A stretch of DNA of 64,000 nucleotides from Eledone cirrhosa (taxonomy: Eukaryota): positions 15,066,001-15,130,000 of the forward strand of contig OZ024755.1 of the NCBI GenBank assembly GCA_964016885.1, given 5' to 3'. Each line of letters begins with the position of its first letter. Position 1 is the first letter of the stretch. Below, one piece after another: positions 57,923-64,000 of the stretch. The notes beneath the pieces were generated by a model, which worked only from the letters and a program-made list of their open reading frames with translations, was not told the origin of the DNA and ran no database searches. Position numbers and translations under genes: made by a program.

Positions 57923-58164
57923 ATTATGTAATAAACAACACAATACAATTATTCCATTTACCAAAGGTTTCACGAAGACAGGCGACCTCAATAGAGACGT
58001 CCGAAATCGTTCATCAGAAAGCAAAATTTAATATGGATATCTTGAATTATCCATATTAAATGTTCCTTTCTGATCGATTTCAGACGTCTCTATTGAGGTT
58101 GCCTATCTTTGTGAAACGTTTGGAAAATGGGATAATTGCATTGTGTTGTTTATTACATAATTAA
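57920..58164. mobile_element. Fold-back element with outward-facing hammerhead motifs (second family)
   Basis: Arms about 120 bp, 8 nt loop, abuts (TA)n. Confidence 0.85.
57952..58024 (-). ncRNA. Type I hammerhead motif
   Basis: CTGATGA-ACGA...TCGT-GAA-ACC ttt GGT-A; stem I imperfect in this arm and better paired in the other arm, whose core has a 3 nt deletion. Confidence 0.6.
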
Positions 58165-58219
58165 ATATCTCTGTAGTATACATAGAGCACTCTTCTTTCC
58201 TTTACTCTTTTTACGGAAA

Positions 58220-58331
<112 letters not shown>

Positions 58332-58609
58332 GCGTGTGCGTGTGTATTTACATATCTAAACTATAATAAAAGAATGTCTGCGGGACTGCGCACTGTTTAT
58401 TTCTTTTAATCCAGTTAGTAAAATAAGTTGGATTACTTTGTATAAATAATTGTTTCTACAATAGGCACAATGAATGAATATTACATAATTTATTTACTAA
58501 ACTTCGTAAACAAAAATAATTTCGTAAAATTAAATAATTTCAAATTGACTTCTTTTCAAAGTTGCACTTCCGGTATATCGTCGCCACCACCACCACTTCA
58601 ACTACCATA

Positions 58610-59180
58610 TATATAGACCAGGTAATACACACATCTTAGACCACATAGAACAAAATGCAGACGAAAGGATGGGAAAACGAGCCGCTACCAGAGCAAGAGA
58701 TAGCAATATAGCGAGGAGCACTGGGAAACCTCTCTAATAATTTTTAGGCAAGCCAGCACGCTCGCAGCGTTACCGGGGTGATGGCGAGGCTAAGGTGCTG
58801 GAACAACCTAGTGCCCTCACGAGCATCAGCAGTTACCTCTGTTTGGTGAGCCGCCAGTGAAGATAATAACCTCGCTGTCAGTAGCCCGACTCCCCCAAAC
58901 GTCTCGAACGTCACAGGCTGGATAATGTAGTTAGCTAACAGAACACGGTATTTTAGGATTTTGTTCCGTTCAGCTGCGGATACTGTAGCTCTCGCCCTTA
59001 CCGCTGCATCGAGAATGTGGGAAGAAGCAAATGAGTCACTAACTGTGACGTCCCAGGTAAGGCACCTGCCTCTTGAACAGGATCACAGAATAAGACCGTC
59101 AAGTCTTTTCCCATCAATTCAGGACAACCCAGACAGTTACAAAATTGCGGGGATGTTTGCCCGGGTCAAAGCTCTTGAGT
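58610..59180 (-). mobile_element. CRE-clade LINE 3' end (restriction-like endonuclease)
   Basis: RALTRANIP...DGKRLDG...TWDVTVSD...AERNKILKY...PVTFETFG...FQHLSLAI.GNAASVL; 3' UTR ends in a short TA run. Confidence 0.85.
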
Positions 59181-59339
59181 GGTAATAGGACAGTGTGCGT
59201 ATGTGCGCGCCCGTGAGTTTGTCGGCGTTCTTAAATAGGAGACACGTGTGTGTGTGTCACTCTATTTAAGTTAGACATATGTGTGTATCCTATTCCTTCC
59301 TTTTTCACACACATACATTCACACAAACACACATACACA

Positions 59340-60020
59340 TTGCGTGATGGACGGGTGGACAGAAGTCCCTCAAATTTATATACATGTGAATGGAGTTCTA
59401 CTGAAGCAGATAGAGAAGTTCAAGACCTTGGAGCCGTGTTCATGAGTGATTGAATGCAGGAGGGTGAATTAAGTGCAAGAATTTCAAAAGCTGATGCAGT
59501 AAAGCGCCAGCCTCAACAATCAGATGAAGGTGGGTAGGTGTAAAAGCCAAACTCGCTGTCTTCCTGGTATTCCTGCCAACTCTTGCCGAGAATCATGAAT
59601 CTTGAGTAATGACCAAAAGAATACAATTGCAAATGAAAGTGGCAGAAATGGGATTCCTCCAAAGGGTCTTTGGAGTAACGTTACTCGATAAAGTGCATAA
59701 CTCAGAGACCAGAGTTTCACTCCTGGTAGAGTAGCTACTTTTCCGAATTGAGAGATCACAACTCCGATACTATGAGCATATGGTTAGAATGTCTCAGTAA
59801 AGAATCGCTGGACACATTTTACAGTCAAAACCAACCAGCAAGAGACCCAGAGGTAGACCCTGAGCAAGATAGTTGGATAACATCCATGAGCTTGGCTGGT
59901 TACGCTTTAGGATCCAGCTGGATCAGTTAGAGATGTTTGCTACTGACAGACTGGAAGGAGTGTTTGAGAAGGACTCTGCCCCCACGATTCTCTAAGAAAT
60001 AAGGGGGTGAAGAAGAAGAT
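59340..60020 (+). mobile_element. RTE LINE 3' fragment
   Basis: LKQIEKFK, LGAVFMSD, VAEMGFL, IERSQLRY, RPRGRP; (GAA)n tail. Confidence 0.8.
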
Positions 60021-60361
60021 ATTATCAATTTACATGTATCTATATGCATATATATTTGCGTATAATACCAATATGCACACTACATATGTCAGCAGAAAAC
60101 CGGCCAAAGGGCGGTTTTTCTACTAGCATATATAAGGATCTTTATTGGGCTCTTTGTTATTAAAAGTCACAGTTTTAATTTGAAGTGTTATATGGTATAT
60201 AGGCTGAACGCTTTATCGTAGTTATACTTTCAAAGTGTATATAATGTTCTAGAGTAGAAGGACAGATGTGGTAAGAGGGAAATTTAGGTATATAAGGAAT
60301 TATATATATATAAGTGTACGTGTGAGTATGTCTCTGTGTGTGTATGCGTATATATATATAT

Positions 60362-60598
60362 ATTATTATAAATGTAAGCTATCGCCGTATTTTGACTAAA
60401 GAGATTAAAGAAATTATTTAGCATGATAGTGGGTTTAAGAACTCTCGGAGAAATGGAAAAAAGATGAGTATTGACGTACATGTAAGTCAATACTCATCTT
60501 TTTCAATTTCTATGAGGGTTCTTAACCTCACTATCAGGCTAAATAATTTCTTTAATTTCTTTAGTCAAGATACGGCGATAGCTTACGTTTCTAATAAT
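60362..60598. repeat. Fold-back with zero-loop centre
   Basis: Arms about 118 bp around TACA|TGTA at 60480/60481; abuts (TA)n. Confidence 0.9.
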
Positions 60599-61066
60599 TT
60601 CAAACCCACTCGGTATTTCGAAAATATTCTTACAAATATATTAAAATATCGAGCCCTCTTTGGATTTACTCTCCAAATTTATTATTATTACTATATATAT
60701 ATATAAACGATTATATTAAATATATATATATACATATATATATATAATAAATAATTCATATCTAGTAACATATATATACATACAGATGCATATCAATGCT
60801 AGCAAATATATAGGTTTTGTCTTAATAACAGTGTGGTTCAATGCATGGGGTTGCAGAACAATAATATAAGAGACGTAAAATAAGAAAATTATAAAATTAA
60901 CTTACTTACTAAAATATCACTTCCAACTAATTAGTTTCTGGAATGGAGTAAATATATTTTCCGAAGAAAAATATTGAGAAGCATTCCGTCGTCAGGAAAG
61001 TCTATTCTCATGTAAGTTTCCAGGCAAATATATATATATATATATATAAATAAACGTATATATTGA

Positions 61067-61137
<71 letters not shown>

Positions 61138-61209
61138 CGTATATATTGAATATATATATATATATATATATAATATAAGATCAAAAGATGGTTAAAGGAG
61201 TTCCATATA

Positions 61210-61276
61210 TTTTATTATGCGCATTTCAAAAACAAACATCATCAAACAATAATATTTGTGGTTTCATCAGATAAAA
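61210..61276 (-). ncRNA. Type I hammerhead ribozyme motif
   Basis: Reverse complement of 61391-61457 with one change in stem II. Confidence 0.75.
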
Positions 61277-61390
61277 CAGGAGAATATGATATGAAGGCTA
61301 AAAAACACTTGTTGATAGTGCAGTTTTAAATCAACATATAAAACTGCACTATCAACAAGTGTTTTTTAGCCTTCATATCATGTTCTCCTG

Positions 61391-61457
61391 TTTTATCTGA
61401 TGAAAACACAAATATTATTGTTTGATGATGTTTGTTTTTGAAATGCGCATAATAAAA
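61391..61457 (+). ncRNA. Type I hammerhead ribozyme motif
   Basis: TTTTAT-CTGATGA(61397-61403)-16 bp stem II-GAA-ATGCGCAT-A(61451)-ATAAAA. Confidence 0.8.
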
Positions 61458-61582
61458 TATATGGAACTCCTTTAACCATCTTTTGATCTTATATTATGCA
61501 TACTCCAGTCCCACAAACTGTAGAGTGCTTCTTATCCGATATCTGCATTGCTTTATTGTACTACAATAAAACTCACCTCCTA

Positions 61583-62655
<1,073 letters not shown>

Positions 62656-63250
62656 ATACATATGTATATTACATACATATATATATATAAACATATGTAT
62701 ATATATAATACATATGTATATTACATACATATATATAAACATATGTATATATATAAACATATACTCACACATATTTATATATATAAATATATATTTGTGT
62801 GTGTGTAAGTGTGTGTAAGTGTGCGTACGTTTGTGTTTCAGTGATTTTGTTTACCACGTACATCAACAACTGTTTTCCACGCTGTCTCTTATGTCTTTTC
62901 AGTTGGGATTTTGCATCCGCTTTTCAAAATAATAATGCTGAAATGAATGCACCTGTTGCTGTCAGCACAACAAAATTAATTATTGGGATGTACAACAAAA
63001 TCGCTTCCTTCCTCAATACTCGGTATCTAACTATAAAAGGTTTCTTTTATCAACGAAAGACAACGTGTTATTTTCTTGATTAACAATGGTAGCCAGGGAA
63101 AACATTCACATACAATATAGTTTCATAAATAATTATATATATATATATAAATATATATAAATATATATATATATATAGATATAGATATATAGATAGATTG
63201 ATAGATTGGTCGATAGATATAGATATATGTGTATACGCATTTATGCCAGT

Positions 63251-63309
<59 letters not shown>

Positions 63310-63756
63310 AACGGATAGATAGATAGATAAGTAGATAATCGTAAATGCTGGTAAAATGCATACAAATAGGATACAGTGTTATAGAGAAAACTATGCTATA
63401 TAGATTTGTTTGTACCAAACACTTACTAGAAGAAATAAATACAAAAAAACTCTTCATCGACGCATACAATAGACACCTTCATATATATGGGTGTGTTTGT
63501 GTGTGTGTGTTTAAAAAAGTATCTTTAAAAACCATGTAGTAAGACTGAACTTTAAGGGGATCTCTTTTTTACCAGCAAATAACAATACAACACACACAAA
63601 CACAGACGTATATATATATATATATATATATATACTATATATATATATATATATATACATATATACATATATATATATATATTATAGCTGTAGGAATATA
63701 TCCCGCTTGAGACGGAAAAACTAACACAGGAGACATATATAACTAAGAAAATGTAA

Positions 63757-63863
63757 TAAGAAACCAGGTGGACCATAACGCACCAGAGTACTCGATACTT
63801 AGGGTAGTAGAGTGGGTAATAGAAAAAGAGTCAGGACCGAGCTCAGCCGTCGGGGTCCTGACT
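63757..63863 (+). repeat. Repeat family A copy with a short inversion
   Basis: Matches 56449-56525; AGTCAGGACC...GGTCCTGACT terminal inversion. Confidence 0.85.
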
Positions 63864-64000
63864 GTGTGTGTTTTGTAGCGTATTATATTTAAAGTAAATT
63901 GCAGATTCTGATAATATTGATAGATATATATTTATATATGTTAGTTATTGGGACAAGATCAAAAAGCCGGTGTTTCGATTCCTGAAGCAGACGGCGTGTG

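Larger units (their letters stand above)
61170..61497. mobile_element. Young fold-back element, 159 bp arms, two hammerhead motifs
   Basis: Arms 61170-61328 and 61339-61497, two mismatches seen, 10 nt loop, abuts (TA)n. Confidence 0.92.

Overview
AT-rich, microsatellite-dense eukaryotic intergenic or intronic DNA. The SINE family and the microsatellite load suggest an octopus-like cephalopod (inference). No host protein-coding exon can be supported, and nearly all supplied ORFs are (TA)n/(CA)n/trinucleotide artefacts. Decayed transposons present: a Penelope-like element (RT plus C-terminal GIY-YIG, Naiad-like), RTE, R4/Dong and CRE LINE fragments, a Tc1/mariner transposase remnant, two copies of a mariner-type MITE and tRNA-derived SINEs. 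The most striking signal is a set of about 9 short (100-500 bp) fold-back elements, most of them touching (TA)n tracts. Several carry type I hammerhead ribozyme motifs from at least three sequence families, arranged as outward-facing pairs or as solo copies whose tail runs into (TA)n. There is also an RTE LINE with a clear twin-priming 5' inversion inside a (TA)n tract. All coordinates and pairings were read by eye.
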